Origin: Laetmonice hystrix
Taxonomy: Eukaryota
Direction of reading: 5' to 3'
Length of the DNA stretch: 64,000 bases
Assembly: GCA_965235115.1 (NCBI GenBank)
Contig: OZ249451.1
Coordinates: forward strand, 6,696,001 to 6,760,000
Within the stretch, counting starts at the first letter, position 1. Every line of letters begins with the position of its first letter. Made by a program: the position numbers and the translations under genes. The notes beneath the pieces are model-generated. The model did no database searches. It worked only from the letters and a program-made list of their open reading frames with translations, and was not told the origin of the DNA. Shown piece by piece: positions 49,895 through 62,645 of the stretch.

Positions 49895-52800
49895 CTGTAA
49901 TCAATCAGAAAAACAACTCCTTACTTCATCTTCACGGCAAAAAAAACCCCTCCCTTTTTGGATTCACTTAGTAAAATCCATTTTTAATGAATAACTACTC
50001 GTACATAACTCGATTTTTTCAAAGGTAAGCGTTTAACGAACGAGGAAGCGATGAGGGCGGGGGGGGGGGGGGGGGGGATGAAGAAAACTGGGGGGGGGGT
50101 TATATTCTGCATGTAAAACCGATTAAGATGTGGGGTTGTATTGCTATTCTTAAAAGGCAACATTGACTTGACATTAATAAGTGTACTAAATACAAGGTTA
50201 GGTCAATAAAGAGATAAACTAAATATATCCATCAATTCACATCCCAAAATACAATGGGCATCTTAATCGTACATCTTTGGTCTTGAAATGGACGCAAATT
50301 TCCGAAAAAGGGTATTTAAGTTTGGAATGTAAACACGCAAAGTGTGTTTTGTACTGGTCGTGTTTGAAATGCTGCAAAATAAGGATAAAGTTTAGTTTCT
50401 CCTATTACCCCCCCCCCCTCTCTCTCTCTCGAGACTAAATAATTTCATCCTTTTGTGTGCAGCAATTAATTTGTAGATAATGCCTTCTCGAAGCAACCAC
50501 CCTCGATGACCTAATTAATAAATGCCAAATCGCTCCGTCATTAGCCGTTTCACGATTTCCATCCTATAGCCCCACATCTTGTATAACAATGTCTCCAATT
50601 TCCCACCACAACCTCACAACTTGTCTTTAATTAAAACCCCAATGTCTGATTATCTCCGCAGAAACATCAACTCATTTCAAGCTAATCCACAAATATTTGC
50701 CGCAGTATCGTATCACTCCGTCCGGGGAAACTGCGCTTACCTTTTGTTAATCGTGTAGCATCAAAAAACATAACTAATTGAGATATTGTGATTTTATAAT
50801 ATTCCAATTAGACCAACATGAATCTAACTAATTTGAGAAGTCTTGTCAGCACTTCTCCCTTCACTGTCACTTTCATTTGACGCCATCGACGACGCAGAAA
50901 CACATAGGCAGACCGTATAAAAAAAACTAATTCTGCCGTTTCCTAATGAATATCAGAAATGACCCGGTGACAAAAAAAACCACACAAGTACCAATTGCGC
51001 ACTGTTGTCTGGTTTGAAGTAAAGCTCCACTTGACGGTAAATAAACGTCATCTCAATAAGCCAGCCTGCCCGGGGCACTTGAGGTGGTCACAATACTTTC
51101 TCAGCCCCACCCCCTCCAAACCTCTAGGCAGTGCTGTCTTCAGAGGACAGAAATCAATGTAGCCCTAACATCACAGCAAGCCGCCCGTACGGTGGACATC
51201 GACTTGAAATCACGATATGCCTTCCAACCTTGTTTCAGGCGTCGTGTAACACAACTTTTCCAGCTGTCGACATTTCCCGTTACATCGGCTGATGGAACCG
51301 CCTCTGTGGAAACGCAAACGCCCTATTGAATTTAGAATAATACTCGTTTGAGAGAGTCGCGCGTTTACAAGTCCTTTCGACTGAGCCTCCTGACTTCCCT
51401 CACTTTGGTCTGACCGACGGCTATAGGACAAGTTATCGGGTGGGATTGTTCGGCTATTTGACTTATCACTGACAGTTAGCCGGTGGGCTGGTTGGTGTGC
51501 GCTGTGCCTGCACACACTCAAGCCCGGACGTGAGATAGCCCACAGCCATGGTGTTTAACAATAGGATCCCTCGATCTGCACCTTTTGTTGGGCTGATAAC
51601 AAACACCTTGATGGTTGGGTGGCGCCCGCCGGAGGAACGATCACAACTCACGGCCTGCGGCTACAAAACGGAAAACCTTTATCCTGTTGTAGTACTGCAT
51701 GAGTTACAAACTTTTCTCAAAGCTTCCTCAATTTCATTCACAAACACACAGATATTAAACTTGAAAGACAGAAACATTAAAAGAACATTCAAAGTTATTC
51801 TCTTCTTATCGTTGCTCCCCCCCCCCTGCTTTCCATTTTACATGAAAGGGGGGGGGGGGGAATGTCACATTTCTCACACTATAGGGGAAGCTTATAGGAA
51901 GTATAGCTTTTAGAATTACTCTTGCTTAAAGCATGGGCTCCACATTTTCGTCTTTGTTGCATCTTCGCCTATATCTAAGTATTGTCACTTCTTCAGCACA
52001 CATCTATACAGCTATAAGTCCTAAGATGAAGTGCCTGACACGCGAATTCGTCCTCAAAGCTCTTTCATATTTCCATCCTCATATCTTACAGCCATACGAC
52101 CATTACGATTTTTCTTTGAATGTCCCATTACAACTTACGCCATGGGAACAAACCCTCTGCAAGAAGCCCCACAAAGCACACCAGAGTATACGATTTCATA
52201 TCTCACACAAATACCGTGCCAAGATCCGATTGGCCGAGTTTTCTCGAAGGACGGCGCCAAACTTCTTTGCCTCGAGATTCCCGACTCAATGCGAACTCCA
52301 TATTCCATCTCTCAACACGATGATGGCAATATCTACATGCTGAAACCCGAGCCCACCAGAAATTATCCTCAGTCACGCAAATCCACCTGAAGACTTTTCA
52401 CGAATCCTTTTGTAAATGGTACCGCGGCTGGCCACCTTTAGTGATTAGTTTGTTTCTCCGCGCTCCTGCAGAGAGCAAGGATAGCACCGCCCTGCTGTCT
52501 ATAGGACTCTGCGAGTATAATGTGTCGATAATGATGTAGTTTTATATTCGGTGCCATTACTCGATTGTTCTTTTCCTGATGAAGTGTTTGGAATGTGAAG
52601 CGATGGCACCGACTGCGCCTGGAGGCTTGGTGATAAAGCTTTCTCACCGGCCTAAGCATTAATCCTCCCAGCCCCCTAAGTGCTGTCTCTTCTTCGACCG
52701 TTCGCATTACAAGAACCCCTCCCCCAGCTCCCTGAGTCTGACAGTCTCCGGAGAGTCCAGCTTACCGGCACATGTACATGTATCATCATCTTCATAACCG

Positions 52801-53763
52801 ACGAGAAAAATTCACCCGTCAACCACACCTCCTCCTGACGGATCCTCGACAAAGTAAGGAGCTAACAGAATTATTATTCCTCATGCAAACAATGGAACCT
52901 TACGTACACTTAATGAGCTTCTCCGTAAAACCTAACCGGATTTCCTACTGATGAGAAACTTTTAGACGACACGTCGCAATATGTTGATTGCGCTCGATGC
53001 CTGGGGACCTTTATCATCAGTGTAACTCATTGAGATGCAAGGCAATGAGCTCCTCTTACCATCCAAGTCTCTATAGAAATCATACAAATCTAATGCCACA
53101 ATAATTACAAACATTTACACCTTTTCAAACTGTTGATTGCAACTTTTGATTCCGTATTGTCGACTGCCTACTTTGCCGCCTTATTTACAGTATACCGAGT
53201 AATACCTCGGAGAACAAAACCTTCATTAATTCTACCACAGTTATAAAATCACATGGAGTTCAGCCACTACCAAAGCCTTTAATCCACTATCACCATCCAT
53301 TGTCCCGTGTCCTCCACTAGTGCCTAACAAAACAACGCATACCACATTAAAACTGTACTAAATATGGCCACCAATATGTGCGACTTTAACGACTCAAGTA
53401 CCAAAAACAATCGTTGTCTTTTAAAATTACCATTGCCGATAAAGAGAGACGATAAAATCCATGAAATATAGTCTACTCCCTCCGGCGTTTTATCCAAAGC
53501 AATCTTCCAGAATGGTAACAAGTCTTCATGATTATTCCAACGAACATCAACCTTTGGACAAACGGCTTCAAGAATTCTCACTAATCACTCCGCCATACCC
53601 CCCCCATCTCCTCTGTGTATTCCCCAAGAGGGTCAGAGGTCAGCTTAACCCGTCAATCACACCATGTCTGACAGGAACATTTCCAGCCCAGATTGTAACC
53701 AGACTGTATGTATACATATAGCCAAATATGAGCACATATATTCTTTCCTCACGATACCCTTAC

Positions 53764-53889
53764 TCTTGACGCGGGTCTGATAACACCAACGTAAAGCGCT
53801 TCTCCCGCTATCACCCAGATGAACACGCTGTCACGCTGCCTCTTGCTATCTCCCACAACCAAGATTACAGCTTCTGGTGCCGCTGTCAT
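53764..53889 (-). CDS. Candidate exon (126 nt): MTAAPEAVILVVGDSKRQRDSVFIWVIAGEALYVGVIRPASR
   Basis: Donor AGA|GTAAGG in phase 0, compatible with the 49894 exon. The acceptor (AAG) is weak. ILVVGDS could instead come from a LINE ORF1 SGNH-esterase remnant. Confidence 0.3.
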
Positions 53890-54256
53890 CTTTGATTTAT
53901 AAAACCCCAAAAGCCGAGATATGTCTCTGCGATAAGCTGACGTATAGTAGGGACTCATTTTTCAGCTGAAGAAATACGTCCCATCAACTAGCACTGTCCA
54001 AACCCGGAGAGAAACCTTCCATCTCCGTACCACCGACGACAACCTTCATATCTACGAGTTCTTTTTGGAAGGTGTTCTGGGAAATGGTAAAAACAACGAG
54101 GCTCAGAGCGGATAACGACGCGCTGGATCACTTATAGAGTAATAAATCTACGTGATCGATCATTCTACACGTCTCTCATATAGTCTACAGGAGGAGACGG
54201 ACTTGGTCAACGCTATCCAACAATGAACCATGTCTCGCAGATTCTACGGCCAGGAG

Positions 54257-54695
54257 GAGGAAGAGAAAGAGACGGAGGAAGAGGAGGAGGAAGAGACGGA
54301 GGAAGGAGGAAGAGGAGGAGGAAGAGACGGAAGAAGAGGAGGAAGAGACGGAGGAAGAGACGGAGGAAGAGGGGGAAGAGACGGAGGAAGAGGAGGAGGA
54401 AGAGGAGGAGGAAGAGGAAGAGGAGGAGGAAGAGACGGAGGAAGAAACGGAGGAAGAGGGGGAAGAGACGGAGGAAGAGACGGAGGAAGAGGAGGAGGAA
54501 GAGGAGGAGGAAGAGACGGAGGAAGAGGAGGAGGAAGAGACGGAGGAAGAGACGGAGGAAGAGACGGAGGAAGAGACGGAGGAAGAGACGGAGGAAGAGA
54601 CGGAGGAAGAGGCGGAGGAAGAGGAGGAGGAAGAGACGGAGGAAGACGAGGAAGCGACCGAGGAACAGGAGGAGAAGAAGGAGAGGAGGAGAAAA
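54257..54695. repeat. Purine-rich (GAGGAAGAGACG/GAGGAAGAGGAG)n tract, ~440 bp
   Basis: Almost only G and A on the + strand. It yields the S-, R/K- and GGRD-rich ORFs 54185, 54223 and 54230. Confidence 0.95.
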
Positions 54696-54961
54696 ATTAA
54701 ACTACTACACCAGCCTCCCCCCAATCTGCCCAGTTTCTCCTCCTGTAACACTATATCCCCGGCGGTATTATCCTGTCACTCAGTCTCCCCCCACAACAGT
54801 GGGTTGTTTCACCCAGAAACAATCATAACATTTCTGTCACTACCATGTAGACTCATTCTGTCATGATCAGACCTCTTTCATTTACTTCGGCTCTCCGTGT
54901 CCAAACGAATTAACTCAGCTTTTCTACATGTAAACTTGCCCTCCACATATTGTGTTTCAAG

Positions 54962-55018
54962 TCAACTCCATTGTTTAATACCAATGATAGCCTCCACCAC
55001 AGCGTCAGGTGATACCTG
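54962..55018 (-). CDS. Candidate terminal coding exon: QVSPDAVVEAIIGIKQWS*
   Basis: Acceptor CATTCTCATACTTTTAG (tandem TAG/CAG), then a protein-like open frame ending at TGA. Confidence 0.45.
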   Translation of the reverse strand, partial: QVSPDAVVEAIIGIKQWS

Positions 55019-56503
55019 CTAAAAGTATGAGAATGATTTTGTGAGTCCCTGGCATGAAACCCATTCTGGTAATTAACAAAGGCTACCCGAGTTTTCATTT
55101 TAAACTCATTAATGTCGTGATAAATTGTTCGCGATTTAGTTTTTACATCCAATCTATAATAATTTTTTTTACATGACATGAATGATGACTCATCTTCCCC
55201 TTTCAAATATTCCAACTCTATCCTGTTTAAGATTATTTGAGGGATGCGAGGGATTGAAAGACCAGAGTTCAACTCCTCCTCAACCCGTTCGACCCTCTCC
55301 TCCCTCCCTCCCTCCCCCACCATCCTCCACGGAGTACACGTTCGCCATGACAACACACAGTATGGACGTACTCCATGACGTAACATGACGTAGCTACACG
55401 TTCACCACGCCACACTACTAAACCCCCCTTAGAACACCCCCGGTACAGGTAACTAAGCCACACCTATCTTATCCTCTGATCATCCCCCTGTTAGCTGTTC
55501 GCCAGACGTCGCCTGCCGCCTGCCGCCAGACAGGTGAACATCTACGGTATCAAATGACTGTCGATTGGAAGCAAGATCTTTACTGTGTACCTGAGATATG
55601 TACCTATCAGTGACACGCGATGGTATAGTTAAACCACGGACCCAGACTGACGCATTAATCGTAACATGGCTCCCTAGGCAAACTGTCATAATACAATCAC
55701 ATATTACCCTCCATCCCGACCCTATCTCTGACTCTAGATATCGCTCCAGATAAAAAATTATATATTAATTACCAATTAAAATGTATCCAGAACAGAAATA
55801 GCAATCTTGAGACAGCATCAGGTTTTCTAAATGGATAAAATCCGCTGCGGTGACGTAGGGTGAAAAACGATTTTCATACAAACCAAATGTGAATCCCCCG
55901 TTGAGCTATAGATCCACACATAAAAAACCTCTGCTCAGTCTTTTTTTTAATAGGGCCTACTTTTTCTAACCAAACAGCTGTCGACTATTGCTTACTCTCC
56001 CTGAACCCACTCATATCTGATTCCCGGCACATGACGGCGACACGAACACCCTAACCAGGTCAAACCCCCAGGTTCACCTACTGACCCCTCTACCGTACCA
56101 AATCCCCATGATACAGTGATACACGTGGATTAACCCAGGGACAGTCGAACCAGACAGAAGTTCGTGGGAATATGCTCCCCACTTGACATATCCTATCCTA
56201 CTCTCAGCAATTCTTCTCTCCAATTAGTCATCTTATTCCTCCCTTGATTACAACAAACCGGGGTTCTCCAACCCGAGGACGGCGCGCCTGCGCAGTGATT
56301 ACCTGCTGACGGCAGACGATGGAGGCGCCAGTATGTGGTCAGATGAAACGTCTGACTTATCTGTCTCTTAATGTAATCTCCGACAACATCTCCCGACACC
56401 GGAACCTCTCAATACACCCTCCCTTCATCCACACACTGTCTGCTCATCGCTCTATGTCTATACAACTAACAGTACTGTTCTTCTTCGACAGACTCGCTAC
56501 ACA

Positions 56504-56532
56504 TCATAGGAAAGCAGGTGCTGCTAAGACAT
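56504..56532 (-). CDS. Candidate alternative terminal exon: (Y)VLAAPAFL*
   Basis: Very strong acceptor CTCCTTTTTTTTATTTAG. Phase 1 matches the 57979 donor. Confidence 0.35.
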
Positions 56533-57978
56533 CTAAATAAAAAAAAGGAGACAATTTCCTCATGAAGCCATTAAACGCTGAATCATGGTATTTTTTTAAT
56601 CATTGCCGATACCACCATATGTTTCAAAGAGAGCCATTACCCTCATTAAACTTTCATCCTGACACCCTTGTCTACGATTGCCGCTTTATCCCTCATGAAC
56701 AGAATTTATCCCATCTACTTTACCTGCATGAGAATTCTCATGATCAAAGCTATCAGCACCTTCCCATGATTCCTTAATCATTTACCTCAGTTAATATTGA
56801 TATCCCACTCCCCTCCTCTCTCTCTTTCTCTCAACGCTGTTTGCTTCCGACAGCAGTGAATCGGACCAAGTCCAACCCGTAATGAATAGGAAATTGTTTT
56901 GGATGACCTGTGCTGATCTAACCGTAGACACAAAAGACTTGGATGCCATTAGATGGCTGTTAGTGGTGGCATGCGATGCGGCCATGGCGCATGCGGGTTA
57001 GCACAATGACGTGCTTCCGGCATTGAATACCAACAGGCCCGCAATCACACAGGGCTGCACGAGAGCGGCTTCAAGTCCCATATCCGGGCACCAATACAAC
57101 ATTCCAATTGAAGACAATACCCTGGCATCCCCCCCCGCCGGTACTACACGTCTTATCGGAACCATGCGCTTCTTCACTGATTCTGAGGGGTTGGGGAAAG
57201 GGTGCTTTCTTTGAAGATATGTCTTTGAGCATATCCTATGGCGGACTTGAAACTTTATTGGCTTCTCCTGCTCGAGGCGATGATTCACTGGAACCGTCTT
57301 ATAAACACAGCGAGATAAATTGACATTTTGAGTGAGAAGTCAGTGGGTTTTTTGGTTTGTTTATTTTTTTTTTACCTGTGCTTTCAATTTTAAATACCGG
57401 TTTCTATGTGTCTGAACTTGATTTATTCAGAGTGCTGCCGTCGCAATTTTTCAATTTTAGTACATCCACTGGAAGTCAGCAACAGCATATTTTTTTCCTC
57501 CTACAAATGCTATTTGAAATTTACTCTTTGATAAATAATATAGCTAACCCCTGAAGTGCGCATGCGATGCAGTTTTGCTGTCTTTTAAAATCTAATTCAG
57601 CATCTCGCTAATTGTACAGTTCAAAGCCTTCACCACTTAGCTTAGCAATTTCCTCCAATGGTCGCTAATTAGGCAGGTGTACTTTGAGCCCCATGTGTGG
57701 AGACTGCCAGTCTAACCTGTGTGCCCAGTTTCCAACAACCAGCCACTGTTGTACGGGACTCCTGGGACCCAACATTTCTCTGTCTGGGTCCGTCCTCAGA
57801 CTACAACTGAACCGAGCCAAACAACATCCTTTTTTTTATTATTGTGTGTGTGGGGGCAGTATTGTTTGAAATAATGATGGGATTATCTAATTACATTAAA
57901 ACTAATAGGATTACCGTAACTGCACTACGGCGTTAGTCTGTTTGCAGCGTTGCCTCCTAATGCAGGCATACAACATAC

Positions 57979-58063
57979 ATCTACAAATACGCTGAGGATA
58001 ATCCATGGAAGCGATGTTGAAGGGCAGAGAAACCCACACATTGGGTGGGATACCCTCGCCCTC
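57979..58063 (-). CDS. Internal coding exon (85 nt, phase 0-1): EGEGIPPNVWVSLPFNIASMDYPQRICR
   Basis: Acceptor CCCGTGCCACCGCACAG, donor GAT|GTATGT, open frame. Confidence 0.55.
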
Positions 58064-58569
58064 CTGTGCGGTGGCACGGGATTAACAAGTGACCCGAGTT
58101 CCACATGCCCGACTTGCTGATATGTTCTGCTATCACCTGCATGGCCGGCTAACCATGATTCAACCATTATATCTAGATGATTTGTTGATGAATTCTTCAG
58201 TGAGTTCCGTATCGCGGTCACCACTAATGTTACACGTCATGATTTGCATATATCAGCACCGCAATGTAATATTCCACGAGCTCTCCTTCTGCCATTATCA
58301 TATCAAACCGATTTCCATTTCCATTTCTATTCGATTCCCAATCTACTTTCGTTTCTAACAGAGGCCAGGCGCTCATCTGTGCAACTAGCCAACTTCAGCT
58401 GTTCTTATACGTAACGAGGGCATTATACTATATTATACTGAGACATATTCCTTCTCATGAGAAAGTATGTAGGTAATCCACTTTCCTGCCATTCCATCAT
58501 AGTAGTTTAAACGCGAATACTGAATACTCCAAACAGTCATAGTTAAGATGCTCTGGTTAACATAACGAC

Positions 58570-58860
58570 CCAAAGATGGCGTCAGTCAGAGGGTTGGTCC
58601 CATGCGGTGGAAGAAAATGCAAATTAATCGAATAAATCATGACTTTTTAATTTCCTAGTATTAAAACGCGCTATTAGTATTTTCTTAGCGATCAAGTCGT
58701 GTCATGTACCCACAATAATGAAGCAGTGTTTTAAGTCGAAACGCCGGTAATAAAACCATGGGCGATAGAACCACCGCTAGGGGGCAGACCTGACCGACCA
58801 ATATGGCGGCCTGCTTAGCAACGTCACGTTCCCAGTCTGGTGTGTCGTCACGTGACTGGG
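58570..58860. promoter_or_regulatory. Motif-dense promoter/insulator-like region
   Basis: YY1-like AAGATGGCG (~58572) and AATATGGCGGC (~58800); CTCF-like CCGCTAGGGGGCAG (~58774); RFX half-site TAGCAAC (~58816); palindromic GTCACGTGAC E-box (~58847). Confidence 0.5.
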
Positions 58861-59597
58861 TCAAACCGAGATTTCCGTCAGTTAACCCGGAGGTTAATCT
58901 GATGTCACTTACGTTCTACCTCACCATAAGTCCGTCGTCTAGCTATAACCTCCCTGACCGTACCATTAGCGGCAAAAGGCGAATATATGTGGTTCTCATG
59001 ATAATGTCTGGGCGGTATGGTGACCGATAACAACCGCGTGAGATGTCATTAAAAAGTCGACAACCCCCCACCCCAACCCTCCACCCCCATCCCCTAAAAA
59101 ATCACTCGGAATTAATAAGTCCAGTTATATGAACACACCGGATCACATGTTGGGTCTCAGCTCTTGTTTCCAACAAACCAATGTGCTTTCCTCGTGAATT
59201 GTACCGCTGGGCCAAGCTTCTTCTGTGGGAAAATCACTATTTGATCAACTATCATCTCCAATTAATCAAATATTAAGATAAGTTTTTAGCCCTGCAGGGC
59301 TGATGAATGGGTCCCGACTTGTGATCCATTAGAGACCTTTCGGATTTTGTTAATTATTTAGGAAGTCATTAAAAGTGTATTGAGCTGGGACGAGTTGGTG
59401 CAATAGACTGATTTATTAGCGGGCTTGTGTTGAGACAGAAACCGGGCCGTCCAACTCTCTTTCTCTCTGTCTCTGCCTGCACGCAGCAGTTCCACTACCA
59501 CGCAATCACTTCAATTTCAAACAACAGAAGAAAGGGACGAAAATAGCCGCTTCCTTTTCCTTGTGCTGTTTTCATGTCTCTCTGTTTATTTTCCTAC

Positions 59598-59843
59598 CGA
59601 CACGGCTAGAGCGGTGTCCAATGAGGAGTGCGGATTTCCAGTCTTTCCATCGTCGGTGCTCAGTGGAATCAGCCCCTGTATAAGTCGACCAGACACGCAA
59701 ACACTGCACAGGGGGTTGGCAAATGTATAACACAAAGGGACAGCGACTTCCAGGTACCATAGCGTATACTTTCCAATAACCACGCGCCAATCATTCACTC
59801 GGTTTTCAGGGAGAACGAGGAAGCTGACAACCTGCTCTGACAA
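59598..59843 (-). CDS. Candidate internal exon (246 nt, phase 0-0): LSEQVVSFLVLPENRVNDWRVVIGKYTLWYLEV...ALAVS
   Basis: Acceptor TATCTTATCCTGCACAG, donor TCG|GTAGGA, open frame, phase-compatible with the 58063 acceptor. Confidence 0.35.
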
Positions 59844-62156
59844 CTGTGCAGGATAAGATACGTTGGGGGTTTCAAAACTTCAAACACATCCACGGCCATG
59901 TGAAGGCAGTCGAAACCACTGACCTTGCAGCAAAATAACTGACAAACTTTCTTTGCCAACCCAGAGACCTGTCTGGCCAATCAAGTTAGCAGTCCAATGT
60001 ACATGTGTATACCCCAATAGTCAGGCAACTCAACCCCTGCCCTCCCCAGCAGAACCGGTTAAAACCCTCGGGAGGGGACAGTTGCCGTTTTTTTTCTACC
60101 CATATGCCCACCCTTCACCCAGATACAACCATCGACATTTTTCTTAGTAATCCCAATTCCCGGCCTGTGAATTTCTCCGCCCTACCCTTGAATATACAGT
60201 CTGCTTGGCCTGCCGTTCTCAGATACCGGGTCTGCTGTCATGTTCGCCGTATCTCAGCTGTTTGATGGGGTCTCTAATGACCACCGCCGAGCGCGGCTGA
60301 TTGGGGGAAAGCTTTCTGTTGTCCTATTGACGGTCTTATAGATCCACCCCGCCTCCGCCCCAAAACTACAGGCCAGCGCTCCCCACATCCTTCCAGTCCT
60401 CTGAGGTCTGCCGTGCTGCCATGTCCCTCACCCGCCACAAAAACCATCTTTAGATGAAGCTAAGTAAATACATTGATCGTTCTACCGCCAGTAATTCTCC
60501 ATGACTACGCTTGTCACTTACATTACGGCAAGACCTCGTCCCAACATACGGAGGGGGCCATGACCTCTTCACACTACAATCTTACCCCGGCACGTCTCAC
60601 CCAGAACTTGGAGGGTTTGGGCCCTCTCAGAACCCAATCCAGCTTTTAATATATTGAGCACAGCGTTCTCTAAATTCACGTTCTAAATCATATTGTGAGA
60701 ATCCAACCTTTCTTACGAATCACTTACTAATATCTGGCACCCATCACGGAATAAATTAGAAACGTTGTAATAATAATGATCTAGACACATACAAACTCAC
60801 ATTGAGCATAAGTGATTTACAACACTTTTTGACTTAGGCAAATGGAAAGTTATAATAGATATTGGAACTTATTGGTCGCTATAAATCATGGATTCCATAC
60901 ATCATGGTATATTGCTCCGTGCTCCCCTCCCCCAAATAGGACCTTAAAGTACCGATTCATTGTTCTCCACTAAATGATTAACGACAATTATTCCCATATT
61001 CATATAGGTGTGTGTTGTTTTCTACTCAAACTTACCGATAGGCTGAATAATTAATTAACATAAGATAGTAAATGACTCGATTTACGCTAATCACGACGGC
61101 ACACACAGTTAGGTTTTCAATCATACTCAGGGAAAGCCTGCAAATATTACTAAGCCATTACCAACAGGCACTCGTACATGTATTCAGGCTTTAAGGATTC
61201 CAAATTTTCAGTCCACTGGCTACATAATATTTCACACCTTATCTTGTAAAGCTATCTGCTGCATTCATTTTGTAATTCTAAAAAGACAGCGCATAAACTG
61301 AATGCGTTTTTAATTAAACAGTCACAATTGGACGTTACTGATTCCCCTATAGCTGAAAATTACAAAATTAGAAAGGAATTTATTACACCAATCCATACCA
61401 CAAACAGCCTGAACATCTGGGATTTTTTTCTCTCAAAGTTACGTGTTACTCGGACAAGACCCATGTTATCTGGTTTTCTAGAACTATTTCAGTTATGCCC
61501 TGACTTCTAAGTGGTTTCTTACTCTCATGAAGGCACTGAAGGCATTGCTTTAAGACCCACACTAATGGGAACCTCTTGTTGACTATGTCCTGATGGCAAA
61601 TCTCGACCGCAATGAGAAATATTAGAAATTGAGTAGGAGAACATGTCGTTCAAGTTTAATGTAAGGTGTATTTTAATGTGAGCCCAGGGAAACCTTCTGA
61701 TTTAGAATAGTAGACGCCAGGGACCAATCACATTTCATTCATAATTCTGAGGGGAAAAAAACAACCAAAGTGAAACCCGCTAAGCCAGCGAAAAAATCCA
61801 GCTGGCTTTTAAAATCGGAAATACACTAATTGAATTCACAGAAATCTGAATGAAACCTGTTCCATTAATCCTTGGAGCGCGGATTGAAATTTGTTTCATA
61901 ATTACGTATGCTTCAAGTATTTTGCCTTTGGTATAAATTCACACCAATAGTACTGACTTTCCCTTCATGCCAACTACTGTATGAAGAGAAACCTAATACT
62001 GTCCGTTTCTTTCGGTGAACTTTCAATGAAGCGACACGGAATAATGCTTCCTCTGTCTACATTTCTTATTTAACTGGGATGACAAAGCCTCGCACTTCCC
62101 ACTACCAATCCTAAAGACACTCTCACAATCTGACAGTGAATTAGAAGCCTTGCACA

Positions 62157-62645
62157 GTGTTAGCTAATACCTGTAAATGCAAGCACTGTGTGAAAGGAAT
62201 TTCACTCCACAATGTCATGTCTTCCAATTGTGGGCAGTACTTCTCCGATCCAATCAAAATCCTTCCGAGGCATTGTCTTTCAGTTTTCTCTGAAACATTC
62301 ACTTGCCATCTAGAATTACGTCTGAGATATCCTGGCTTCTTGTGTGTCCTGCGGGCGTACTTGTGCCAACGGATGTTCACCCACACTGGTAATTGACCAG
62401 AATTTTCCATTTATGCCTTTTCACACAAAGGCAACAGGCTGCAGACAAGAGAAAGCCTCAAAGCTCCCTGTCAATCACCCTTACATTTCTTCCGTTTCAT
62501 TCTCATTTGCCCGAGATGTTCTTCTCAATTCTAAGTGGCAAGTTTTCCGTCTTCGTTCCTGGCATCCCCTTCACCTACTTACCGCCATTGGGAGCCAGTG
62601 GTACAGCAGTATGCAATCTGTAGACTCGCTTTCAACGCTGCAAAT
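62157..62645 (+). pseudogene. Possible decayed C2H2 zinc-finger array
   Basis: One + frame with stops contains CKHCVKG, CGQYFSD, FTCHL, THTGN*P, CPRCSSQF and AICRLAF. The spacing is not canonical. Confidence 0.25.

Noticed and set aside
54185-54828. Poly-Ser, protamine-like Arg/Lys and RGG-box ORFs
   Set aside because: All are alternative readings of one purine microsatellite; G/A-only tracts lack stop codons.
56854-56999. Plus-strand candidate last exon (SESDQVQP...AAMAHAG*) and a small plus exon at ~58360-58408 (GQALICATSQLQLFLY)
   Set aside because: The first ends in a stop upstream of the second, so they cannot form one gene. Both are antisense to better-supported minus-strand exons.
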